Shown piece after piece: positions 1 through 8,431 of a DNA stretch of 64,000 nt; positions within the stretch are counted from its first letter, which is position 1, and each line of letters opens with the position of its first letter. The DNA comes from an uncultured Candidatus Saccharibacteria bacterium (GTDB lineage Bacteria; Patescibacteriota; Minisyncoccia; JAHISW01; Tagabacteraceae): positions 34,376-98,375 of the forward strand of contig CAZRMW010000001.1 in the NCBI GenBank assembly GCA_964601305.1. Direction: 5' to 3'. The notes below the pieces were generated by a model. The model was given only the letters and a program-made list of their open reading frames with translations. It was not told where the DNA came from and did no database searches. Made by a program: the position numbers and the translations under genes.

Positions 1-629
1 CCCTGCGTCAAGGGTTTTTCTTTTTTTCTAAACACTAAAAATTTAAAGCCTAAAAAGTTAAAAATTAAAGATATCGCCGTAGCACAAACTTTGGCAATAT
101 TAAGCCAGCGTTCTGGAGATAAATTAAATAGTGGATCTACACAAGTAGTAAGAAAAATTACTATCCCACTGTTTATAAAAATACCTATTATCACTACAAC
201 AACAAAAGTAAAAAAGTCGCTATAATCTACTTTTTGCCCAGGCTCTCTTTTGTGCGCAAACACCCAAAACTTATTCCAAAAATAACTATTAGTAGCAGCT
301 AGCGTAAATCCAGGAATATTTACTCCTCCAACCAAAACTCCTGTAGTAAGTCCGCTAAACATACTCAAAAGATTGAGCACTCCAAAATCTATAGATGTAT
401 TTAAAAAACCAACAACAACAAATTTAGCAAACTGATATATCACAGGTAGCCATTTACTAAGCACCTTCCCCAGCCATAAACCAAAAACCCACAAAACGGG
501 AATCACAAACGGAAGTCCGTATACAACAATCCCGTCTTCTATACTCATGTTTTTTAAAGATGGCAAAAGAAAAACGCCTGTTATAAAACCTGCAATTATT
601 GCCACCTTGTAGTCTTTTTTATTACTCAT
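1..629 (-). CDS. GtrA-family membrane protein (polysaccharide-synthesis flippase-associated), 5' complete, runs off window start
   Basis: Reverse-strand translation from ATG at 629: MSNKKDYKVAIIAGF...VVVGFLNTSIDFGVLNLL...NSYFWNKFWVF, the typical GtrA hydrophobic signature. Not in ORF track because it leaves the window. Confidence 0.55.
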   Translation of the reverse strand, partial: MSNKKDYKVAIIAGFITGVFLLPSLKNMSIEDGIVVYGLPFVIPVLWVFGLWLGKVLSKWLPVIYQFAKFVVVGFLNTSIDFGVLNLLSMFSGLTTGVLVGGVNIPGFTLAATNSYFWNKFWVFAHKREPGQKVDYSDFFTFVVVVIIGIFINSGIVIFLTTCVDPLFNLSPERWLNIAKVCATAISLIFNFLGFKFLVFRKKEKPLTQ

Positions 630-716
630 ACCACCTAAGTATAGCAAAATTTTTCAAAATTTAATATAATTATTAACAGATAAAAACAAAATGTTTTTTG
701 AAAAGGAGGTGCTTCC

Positions 717-1355
717 ATGTATTGGGGTCTATCGTTTAATGATATTGCAGTGTGTTGGGTTATACTTATTGCATTTGCATATACAACGTTCCTTCTCAGT
801 ATGTGGCAGATGAGGCAAGAAAGAGCTTCTTTTAAAAAAATAAAAAAGACAAGAAAAATTCCTTTGAAAGAAATTGAGAAACTTTTTACAGTGACAAGAA
901 AAGAAAAAAAAGACATAGAAAGTGTTGTGTGGGGTTGGGTAAATATTTTTAATCCTACACAAAAAGAGCTTGAAAAAATTATAAATTTTCTAAATATCCG
1001 CATTTACGATAATTATATAAAAGCTACCGAGGCAGACCAACTAGTTGATGATCAACTTAAAAAAGCTGCGACTGTGTTTAAGGAAAGATTAGATATTGCT
1101 GAAGAAAAGAAAAAAGATGCTCTGGAAAAAATAAAAGCTGACTATGAAGCTGCCATAAAAAAAGCTGGTGCAGACAGGGCGCTAGCTACAAAAAGAACCT
1201 TTAGAAACCGAGATTTAAGAATAGATCGAGCAAACGAATTTATAACCCGCACCAAAAAAGAAGTTCGTAATCTGCAGAAAAATACCCGTGCGCACACAAA
1301 ATCAAAAATCATTCTCAAAAAAGCAAAACAAATAATTCTTACAGAAACCTCCTAA
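717..1355 (+). CDS. hypothetical protein, N-terminal TM helix plus lysine-rich coiled-coil region
   Basis: 212-aa ORF; near-perfect SD AAAGGAGGTG 6 nt upstream of ATG 717; terminator hairpin follows. Confidence 0.5.
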   Translation: MYWGLSFNDIAVCWVILIAFAYTTFLLSMWQMRQERASFKKIKKTRKIPLKEIEKLFTVTRKEKKDIESVVWGWVNIFNPTQKELEKIINFLNIRIYDNYIKATEADQLVDDQLKKAATVFKERLDIAEEKKKDALEKIKADYEAAIKKAGADRALATKRTFRNRDLRIDRANEFITRTKKEVRNLQKNTRAHTKSKIILKKAKQIILTETS

Positions 1356-1361
1356 AAATAC

Positions 1362-1396
1362 AAAAAGCCCTCGGTTTTACCGATGGGCTTTTATTG
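1362..1396. terminator. bidirectional rho-independent terminator hairpin
   Basis: AAAAAGCCCTCGGTtttACCGATGGGCTTTTATT: GC stem flanked by an A-run and a T-run, between convergent genes. Confidence 0.55.
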
Positions 1397-1969
1397 TTTT
1401 GTCATTTTTGTTGAGTCCATATTTTCCAAAAGATGCCTTATTTCTTCAGGGCTATTTTTATCTACACCCACAATTCCTTTTTGTAAATTTATCTCGGCAT
1501 TTCTCCTCTCCATAGCTTTGTCTGCTATTTCTCTTTTTATAAAAACCGGGCACTCTTTTTTGGAATCTAAAGAAGTCTTCATAGCCAAAACAACGGCATC
1601 TCCAGCTTCTACCCCAAAAATCATCGTTTTTTTTCTAAAAAACAAGAAACGATTTTTTTGTTTAATATATACAAGCGCTCCTAGAGGACCTGATTCTTGA
1701 TTCATCTCTACAATTTCTATTTTTTCTATGCTCATATTTGTTTTCTTCAGAAAATTAAATAAAAATCGATGACAAAACGGAACCTCTGGAGGATCGTCAG
1801 ACATTTCGCTTGCTATAAAATCAAAAGCTTTATTTGAAATGGGTATGGCAAGCGACATACCCTCTGGTAAAATGTCTACAAAAAGTAAAACTATATTAAG
1901 TTCAGGAGGAACAACAAGTTTGTTTGCTTTCAAAAAATCTATTCCGTACATTTTACCTCCTTTTTTCAA
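1391..1969 (-). CDS. hypothetical protein
   Basis: 192-aa ORF, no recognisable motif; co-oriented with the 2047..2397 ORF. Confidence 0.4.
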   Translation of the reverse strand: MKKGGKMYGIDFLKANKLVVPPELNIVLLFVDILPEGMSLAIPISNKAFDFIASEMSDDPPEVPFCHRFLFNFLKKTNMSIEKIEIVEMNQESGPLGALVYIKQKNRFLFFRKKTMIFGVEAGDAVVLAMKTSLDSKKECPVFIKREIADKAMERRNAEINLQKGIVGVDKNSPEEIRHLLENMDSTKMTKQ

Positions 1970-2046
1970 ATTTACTCGCCTTAGGAGAGAATTTTGTATC
2001 TATTCCAACTCCAAATATTTTCTACACCAATATTTACGCAAATTTT

Positions 2047-2397
2047 TTATAAATCCAAAAGAGTTGGTGTTGGAAAGTTTATTACAAAATCTTCAAAGGG
2101 AAGTTCTACTCCCTCCAAAACTCCAACACGAGACTTTATACTAAAAGACCTTCTTACAGTCCCTTTTAATTTAACAACCACTACATCCCCTTCAGCAAGA
2201 CCGCCAAAAAGATCGTCGTTTCTGTCGGTTAAACATAAATATTTAGGAGAGTCAATTGCTCTCAGTAATATTTTACAAACCAAATGAAAACTTCCCGAAA
2301 CCTCTATTGGTCTCACAAAAATATTCACTACTCTCCATCGTCCCTTCAAAAACCTTACGAATTCTTCTTTATTTATTGTTCTTTCCTTGTTTCCCAT
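2047..2397 (-). CDS. hypothetical protein
   Basis: 116-aa ORF immediately upstream of 1391..1969 on the same strand. Confidence 0.35.
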   Translation of the reverse strand: MGNKERTINKEEFVRFLKGRWRVVNIFVRPIEVSGSFHLVCKILLRAIDSPKYLCLTDRNDDLFGGLAEGDVVVVKLKGTVRRSFSIKSRVGVLEGVELPFEDFVINFPTPTLLDL

Positions 2398-2649
2398 GTA
2401 TCGTCTCCCTTCTGTTAGAAACAGATAAATTTCAAGCTTCAGGTTAATTTATTTCTCCTCACAAACTAACATTCACCTCTAGTTATGTCAACAAAACATA
2501 ATATATCTTCGGCTATAGCATTAAATATATTATGTTTTTAAATTTGCTTTGTTGAACTAGTTTTGCTATTCTTTTCTCTAGACTAAAGTAAATTTTAAAA
2601 ACAATTTAAAAGCCCTAACCCTTTCAGGTCAGGCAAGGAGGGTCTAAAA

Positions 2650-2973
2650 TTGGAAAATCTTTATACCACAAACCCTGGAGATCATTTAGTAATTAATGTA
2701 ATCAGTATTGGGACATTTATTGGAGAAGTTGTACAAACAAGTCCATTGATAGTAAAAGCTGAAGAAACAGGTCCTCTTTCAAATATGAGAAAAGGAGCAG
2801 AATTTAAAGTTCTTGCAAATCTTTCTTCTAAAATTCAAGACCCTGTTCAATCCAAAATACTTTTAGAAAAAGCAAAGAAAGATGGCAAACCCTATTATTC
2901 TAGTCTTTGGAGCCTCGGAGTTTTCACTGGTGTTTTTGAAGAAATACTGTTTATCCCGAAGTTTGAAAAATAA
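2650..2973 (+). CDS. hypothetical protein (TTG start)
   Basis: 107-aa ORF; SD AAGGAGGG 8-9 nt upstream of TTG at 2650; followed by a palindromic terminator. Confidence 0.35.
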   Translation: MENLYTTNPGDHLVINVISIGTFIGEVVQTSPLIVKAEETGPLSNMRKGAEFKVLANLSSKIQDPVQSKILLEKAKKDGKPYYSSLWSLGVFTGVFEEILFIPKFEK

Positions 2974-2992
2974 AGTGCCCAAAAAATTTACA

Positions 2993-3030
2993 ACACTCCA
3001 ACATTCTCAAGAATGTTGGAGTGTTTTTTT
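2993..3030. terminator. 32-bp palindrome ACACTCCAACATTCT..AGAATGTTGGAGTGT plus T-run; member of a repeated palindrome family (see 7401..7434)
   Basis: Perfect inverted repeat between convergent genes, followed by TTTTTTT. Confidence 0.6.
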
Positions 3031-3042
3031 ATGCAAAATAAG

Positions 3043-6000
3043 CTAAAACAACCCCTCCGGCGATGTGGTAGCTGTGTTTTCTATCCATTCAATAAGAGTT
3101 GCGGTGATAGCCGAAAGACCATCTCCAAGTACGCCGAGTAAATTGTTTTCAAAAGTAACATTACTTAAACTCGTCGTAGAATTTTCTACTACAACAGCTG
3201 CCTTCGTACCCCACGGCCCACTGTAGTTATGCTCTTCAAATCTCGCATTTTCTATACTCACATTTTCAGAATTTACAGCACGAATCCCATGAGGATAATT
3301 ATTTTTAAATAAAGCATTTGCTATCTGCGCTGTAGACCCTTCTAGCAAAATACCCGCTTTGTCTCTTCCTCCAGACATTACGCTCCCCGCATACTTCATA
3401 GTAAATCCACTTGCCACAAGAGATCCAGTTTCGGAAATATTTATCCCAGCAAACTGCCCAGCTTGAGGCATCGTAGATGTTTCATCGTTGTTAGAATCCC
3501 CACTTATCTCATCGTCATAAATACTTGTAAAAATTATGTCACTCGGATTCTGTCCATCTATTACAAAATTTCCGTTTACATTTAATGTTTTCTCTCCACC
3601 CTTTATTACCACTCCGTTTTCAATAGTTAATTGCGAAGATTCTACTACCGTCGGAGTCTCATATCCATTTAAATAATAAGGTATATCATTTGATTTTAAA
3701 GTTTTTGTTGAATTAGTATTAGTTAAATTTCCCCAAATATTAATGGAGTTGGGATTGTTATTTGACCCACTGTTTCCAGAAAAACTTCCCAGCTCTCCCG
3801 AGGAATAAATTGCACCTCCAGAATTAGAAGTAAAAGTATTGTTATTTGCGATTGTATTTGAATTGCTTAAATAAAGTCCTCTTAAATTTTCTAAAAAAGT
3901 ATTATTGTTTATTGTCGGCTCTCCATTTTCTGTGTATACACCATCAGCCTCATTGCCCTCAAAAACAGAGTTTGCAATTTGCGAATTAGAATTTTTTAAT
4001 CTCAAACCATAAACTTTTGAATATTTAAAACTGGAATTAGATACAGATATTTCTGGCCCCCAAGAGACAAGCAATGATTTATCAAAAGAGTTGTTATAAT
4101 ATTTTCCACCATAGCTAAAATTAGTATATTCAAAAATAGATCCATTTTCTGCATTTTCGTTTATGCAAATACCAAACCAATCTCCAGGATTAGGATTTTC
4201 TTGAGCACTCGTAAAAGCTATTGGCTCACTCTCTGTGCCTTGTGCCAAGATTTTTCCCAGAATATTAAACCCCGAATCTCCATTAAACTTAATTTCAACT
4301 CCAGGCTCTACGGTTAATAAAACTCCACTTTCAACAACTGCGTTTATATTGTCCACCAACACTGGATTGTTTAGTCTTCTTATTGTTAAATTTCTATCTA
4401 TATTTTTATTTATAGTTAGTATGCTATTTACACTATTTGCAAATTTCGGAGTACCTTTGTTTCCTAAAAAATCATTGTTTGTGTACCAGTTTTCTGTATC
4501 GTATCTTTCCATTGTATATTTATCTGTATCTCCTGCAGGCCACGCCCCCTCTGGTGTACTATCTATTGTTGTAGTAGCTGTCGAAGTAGCTTGCACCAAA
4601 ACTAATCTCTCTCCACTATTACTAAGCCCATTTCCAAAAGACCCTATATAATCTGCTTCCACATCTGGCACTGAGGTATCGTCCGTTCTTTCTATCAAAT
4701 AATACTCGCCCGACCCAAGAGTACCTGACAAATTTATATATGGTCCGTTGTCTGTTTCTGAAAAAAGTACCCAGCCATCCAAATCTATTCCGTTTTCTGT
4801 ATTATTAAAAAGTTCTATCCATTCATCGTAAGCCGAGTTGTCCGTACCCGCCCATGCGATTTCGTTTATTAAAATCGAATGCTCTGCAAAAACTTCTTCA
4901 GGTGTTTCAGGTGTCGTGCTTGCTGTTTCTGGTGTAGTCGTAGCAACTTCTGAAGTTGAATCTTCCTCTGGAAGTTCAACCTCGCTAATTGAGTCGTCTT
5001 CTATAACAGGCGCCTCCTGAGGATTGTTTGGGGAAGAAACACTTTTTGTTGCAACAACTATCGAGGTCGAACCTCTATAGCGAGGTTCAACCTCACTAAT
5101 TAAGTTGTTGTCTTTTGTGTCCGCCATTGTTTCCACAACTGCAAAAACAGCAGAAACCGCAGTATATTCTTTTTCCTGTTTTTGTGTAGCCCTTTGATTT
5201 GCTTGTTTTTCATCTTTTTCAAAGGTTGAATCTTTATCTTGAAAATTTAGCTTTGAAGTTGTACTTCCTTCAGGAAGTCCAACTTCGTTAATTAAATCAT
5301 TCGTTTGATCTTTTTTTTCTTTGTCAAAAACATCTTTAATTTTGTTGCCAACATTTTTTATTGCTCCCCAAAACCTTGAGCCACTACCCGGTAAAAAATC
5401 TTCTGCAATTGTTATGAGCGCTGTTTTAGGCACAGGCGGTTTTTCTAGTAACGATTCGTCGTTTCGAGCCTTCTCTACTTCTTGAAAGAATAAATTAATT
5501 GCCCCTGCCACGGATATGACTGCCTCACGAGATAAACGGTTCCAGTAGCCCTGGAGGATCGGTTTGTAATCTTCATTGTCGTCCTCCAACTCATACTCTG
5601 CCAACTTCTTTTCACCGTCTTTGTCCCATACCTCCTTTGTTCTTGCCAATTTAAAATAACTTCCATCTTTATCAACACCAAAGCCATATTCATCTCCATC
5701 TATTATTTCTGGCTTATTATACCTTTCATAGCCCTCGCCATTTGCAGTATCTTTACTTAAAAAATAATTATTAGAATAATTTGCTAAATAATCAAAATAT
5801 TCTTCTATGCTCTCAAGAGAAGCTGGCTCATAACTATTTAAGCTATCCGCAATTTTAAAATTTTCTATATTAAATTGTTTTGAAAAATTTTCAAGGGGGC
5901 TATCTCCAGGGTGTGGGTCATTTCTGGTGTGTTCTGGCACGGCCATATCTTCTAGTAAATGCAGAGTAAATCCAAGAGTATAAAACGCGTCTTTTTCATT

Positions 6001-6444
6001 TCCCTTTACGTACTCATAAATTGCTTTTTTCCATGCTTTGTTTCCTTTTGGCATATGAGTATTCATTTGTAGGCCTTGGCTTGTAGCCCACTGCTTTGCT
6101 GTGTTAAGTCCCCTATCCCCAAAAAGGCCTTCGTTGTAAACTGGATCATAAAAATGGTGCATCCATCTTGGTGGAGTGTCTTCGTCTATGGCCCCTTCTA
6201 TTATCCACTCTTTTTGTTTGTCTGTAATACTTCTCTCAAAATTAATATTATAAAAATTTATAGCTTCGTTTGTAAGTGCTGGATGAGTAGTTTTATCGTC
6301 CCAACTAAAAACAGTCTGAGCCCCAAAGCCCAAACTGCTTAAGTAAAACACAAATATTAAAATAAAATTTATTTTTCTGTTCATCCCACTAGAAATTTTC
6401 TTTTTCATGTTTTTAATTTTTTTATTTCTATTAGAGTAATTCAT
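3043..6444 (-). CDS. large secreted multidomain protein: signal peptide, Zn-dependent phospholipase C / S1-P1 nuclease-like domain, lamin-tail domain, right-handed beta-helix repeats
   Basis: N-terminal basic/hydrophobic signal peptide. WDDKTTHPALTNEAI, HHFYDPV and LHLLEDMAVPEHT match the Zn-PLC signature (W-x-x-E/D-x-H, HFYDP, LH-x-x-D). INEIAWAGTDNSAYDEWIELFN is a lamin-tail-domain signature. N-rich repeats (NNNTFLENLRGLYLSNSNTIANNNTFTSNSGG) are pectate-lyase-like beta-helix. Confidence 0.8.
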   Translation of the reverse strand: MNYSNRNKKIKNMKKKISSGMNRKINFILIFVFYLSSLGFGAQTVFSWDDKTTHPALTNEAINFYNINFERSITDKQKEWIIEGAIDEDTPPRWMHHFYDPVYNEGLFGDRGLNTAKQWATSQGLQMNTHMPKGNKAWKKAIYEYVKGNEKDAFYTLGFTLHLLEDMAVPEHTRNDPHPGDSPLENFSKQFNIENFKIADSLNSYEPASLESIEEYFDYLANYSNNYFLSKDTANGEGYERYNKPEIIDGDEYGFGVDKDGSYFKLARTKEVWDKDGEKKLAEYELEDDNEDYKPILQGYWNRLSREAVISVAGAINLFFQEVEKARNDESLLEKPPVPKTALITIAEDFLPGSGSRFWGAIKNVGNKIKDVFDKEKKDQTNDLINEVGLPEGSTTSKLNFQDKDSTFEKDEKQANQRATQKQEKEYTAVSAVFAVVETMADTKDNNLISEVEPRYRGSTSIVVATKSVSSPNNPQEAPVIEDDSISEVELPEEDSTSEVATTTPETASTTPETPEEVFAEHSILINEIAWAGTDNSAYDEWIELFNNTENGIDLDGWVLFSETDNGPYINLSGTLGSGEYYLIERTDDTSVPDVEADYIGSFGNGLSNSGERLVLVQATSTATTTIDSTPEGAWPAGDTDKYTMERYDTENWYTNNDFLGNKGTPKFANSVNSILTINKNIDRNLTIRRLNNPVLVDNINAVVESGVLLTVEPGVEIKFNGDSGFNILGKILAQGTESEPIAFTSAQENPNPGDWFGICINENAENGSIFEYTNFSYGGKYYNNSFDKSLLVSWGPEISVSNSSFKYSKVYGLRLKNSNSQIANSVFEGNEADGVYTENGEPTINNNTFLENLRGLYLSNSNTIANNNTFTSNSGGAIYSSGELGSFSGNSGSNNNPNSINIWGNLTNTNSTKTLKSNDIPYYLNGYETPTVVESSQLTIENGVVIKGGEKTLNVNGNFVIDGQNPSDIIFTSIYDDEISGDSNNDETSTMPQAGQFAGINISETGSLVASGFTMKYAGSVMSGGRDKAGILLEGSTAQIANALFKNNYPHGIRAVNSENVSIENARFEEHNYSGPWGTKAAVVVENSTTSLSNVTFENNLLGVLGDGLSAITATLIEWIENTATTSPEGLF

Positions 6445-6468
6445 TTTTAATTTCTAACGGGACAGGTT

Positions 6469-6948
6469 TTAAATTTCTTCTATTTTCCAATTACCTGATG
6501 GGTAAAGAATAAAATCGACAGCGATCGGTTTATAAAATGAAAAATAGTCATCAATTACATTAGGTTCTTTGTTTGTTCTCAACACTTCATTCAATAACCC
6601 TAATAGATCAGGTAATTTTTTTGCTTTATTTAAATATTCCTTCCACTCCTCCTGCTTCTCAATTACAAAATACTTACTCGCCCGCTCAAAGTCCCCCTCC
6701 TCAACAGCGCTTATAAACATTTCCAAAGTTTCCTGTGGTGTTTTCCCTCCTATTTTATCTGCTTCCATTGCTTCCTGTTTTTCTTTTGCCTCCCTATCCA
6801 TTTGTTCTACAAAATCCTTCATATCCTTTCTCATTTTCCATACATCATACCTAACCAATCCAACTTCCAAAACAACAATCAAAGTCAAAATTATCGCAAT
6901 TGCCCAAAAAATTTTATGTGTTTTTGTTTTTATAAATATATCTTTCAT
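6469..6948 (-). CDS. hypothetical membrane-anchored protein
   Basis: 159 aa, single N-terminal TM; SD GGAGG upstream; probably co-transcribed with 3043..6444. Confidence 0.45.
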   Translation of the reverse strand: MKDIFIKTKTHKIFWAIAIILTLIVVLEVGLVRYDVWKMRKDMKDFVEQMDREAKEKQEAMEADKIGGKTPQETLEMFISAVEEGDFERASKYFVIEKQEEWKEYLNKAKKLPDLLGLLNEVLRTNKEPNVIDDYFSFYKPIAVDFILYPSGNWKIEEI

Positions 6949-7096
6949 AAATCTTGTCCGCCTCCGGCGGATTAATTAATAAAAACCTAGCAAGTATTAA
7001 CACAGTATGTCAACACCCGTCACTAATAATTTTATATTTCAATGTTCTAACCATTCCTCACACCCCACACAAAACATTCTAACATTCTATAGAATA

Positions 7097-7375
7097 TTAG
7101 AATGTTTTTATAAACTTCACAAATTTTTTACCATAAGGAGAAAGAAAATGCTCCACAGACCTACCTTTGTATTTTTTGTTTACAAGTCCAGCGAGCGTCA
7201 AACGCCTAGAATGCTGAGAGGCTGTTTTCATATGGCAATTAAGTTCATCTGAAATTTGATCTACCGTGATCCCTTCATTTTTATGAACCAAAAGCAATAT
7301 ATCAATCCTCCAATGATTAGCAGCGCCTTTAAAATGTCTTTCTAGTTGTTTTGATGTTTTTACTCTATTTTTCAT
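7097..7375 (-). CDS. winged-HTH transcriptional regulator (ArsR/SmtB-like)
   Basis: 92 aa; HTH segment ITVDQISDELNCHMKTASQHSRRLTLAGLV; flanked on both sides by related palindromes. Confidence 0.6.
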   Translation of the reverse strand: MKNRVKTSKQLERHFKGAANHWRIDILLLVHKNEGITVDQISDELNCHMKTASQHSRRLTLAGLVNKKYKGRSVEHFLSPYGKKFVKFIKTF

Positions 7376-7400
7376 GTTTTCATCCTACCACATCATATAA

Positions 7401-7434
7401 AATACTCCAACATTCTATAGAATGTTGGAGTATT
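7401..7434. promoter_or_regulatory. perfect 34-bp palindrome AATACTCCAACATTCTA|TAGAATGTTGGAGTATT, 26 nt upstream of the ArsR-like gene (candidate operator and/or terminator of the upstream gene)
   Basis: Perfect inverted repeat; near-identical to 2993..3024, with a degenerate nested copy at 7074..7106 overlapping the regulator stop codon. Confidence 0.45.
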
Positions 7435-7500
7435 TTAATTTGTTTAATCTGCGAAAAACAAAAAGCCGGTGGTAAAACCACCGACCCTATAATATATTTT

Positions 7501-8148
7501 TTAAAGTAAATTTGCCTTTCTCATCCACCAAAATTTGTTTTTATTGAAGTTCTCTGCCTCAAGATTATAAAACCCCATAGCAACATCCATCTCGTCGTCT
7601 ATAACATCTTTCTGAAAAGAAGGTACCCGATCGGTATCTACAAGTTTTTTTAAACTCAAATATTCCCACTTGTTATGTTTGCATTGGTTTTTAGAATCTT
7701 TTAAATTTTCTATTCTTCCTTCTATTTTCCAAGAAAAAACTCCTAAAAACTCCCACCATTCTTTTTTATTTTTTACTATCAAGTAGCCACACCACACTCC
7801 TAAAAAGTTCCAAAAAACATCTGAAATACTCACCATATTGTCAATTGTAACCTCTTTCAGAAAAGAAGTTATTATCATAAGAACAACGCCCATCAAAACA
7901 GAGATTTTCAATCCATAGCTAAATCTTTTAAATAAAATAAAGAAAAAAGTTACTCCCAAAAAACAAGTCAAAAAATGGACTACAAAATTTAATGACTTTA
8001 ATAAGTATAAATCTTCTTTTGAAAAAGATATGTTTAAAATCCAGTCTTTAAAAACAAAAAAAGAAACAACGACTAAAAATACTCCACAAAAAAGAAAAAT
8101 TATTAACTCATTCAAACTTCTCTCGTTTTCTATTTCTTCCATTTTCAA
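7501..8148 (-). CDS. polytopic membrane protein, unknown function
   Basis: 215 aa with about 4 hydrophobic helices and a cytoplasmic C-terminal tail. Confidence 0.45.
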   Translation of the reverse strand: MKMEEIENERSLNELIIFLFCGVFLVVVSFFVFKDWILNISFSKEDLYLLKSLNFVVHFLTCFLGVTFFFILFKRFSYGLKISVLMGVVLMIITSFLKEVTIDNMVSISDVFWNFLGVWCGYLIVKNKKEWWEFLGVFSWKIEGRIENLKDSKNQCKHNKWEYLSLKKLVDTDRVPSFQKDVIDDEMDVAMGFYNLEAENFNKNKFWWMRKANLL

Positions 8149-8160
8149 AGACCTTTTTTG

Positions 8161-8346
8161 TTATGGTGTTCCTGGGTGAGTTTTTTTAAATTCCAAATAT
8201 CCTTGAAAACCCAAATCTTCTATCATTCTTCTTCTTATTTTCCTTTTAGAATCCCAAACAAAATACCACATAACTAGACCGGCTCCTACCAAACAAAATA
8301 AAAATTCAAAAATTTGACCCAAAATACTTTCTGTTCCTGTGACCAT
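8161..8346 (-). CDS. small membrane protein
   Basis: 61 aa, one TM helix. Confidence 0.3.
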   Translation of the reverse strand: MVTGTESILGQIFEFLFCLVGAGLVMWYFVWDSKRKIRRRMIEDLGFQGYLEFKKTHPGTP

Positions 8347-8431
8347 ATATTCTCCTTTTTTTTCAAGCTACTAGAATCTAAACAAAAAATAGCACACAAT
8401 ATGCTATTTGTCTACGAAAAAAATTTTACAT

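Noticed and set aside
1391-2397. Assigning 1391..1969 plus 2047..2397 to a known family (SAM hydroxide adenosyltransferase/DUF62, PanD, lipoate ligase)
   Set aside because: Motif and order comparisons from memory did not fit convincingly; left as hypothetical.
7007-7252. 81-aa plus-strand ORF
   Set aside because: It lies antisense within the ArsR-like regulator gene and palindrome; no SD.
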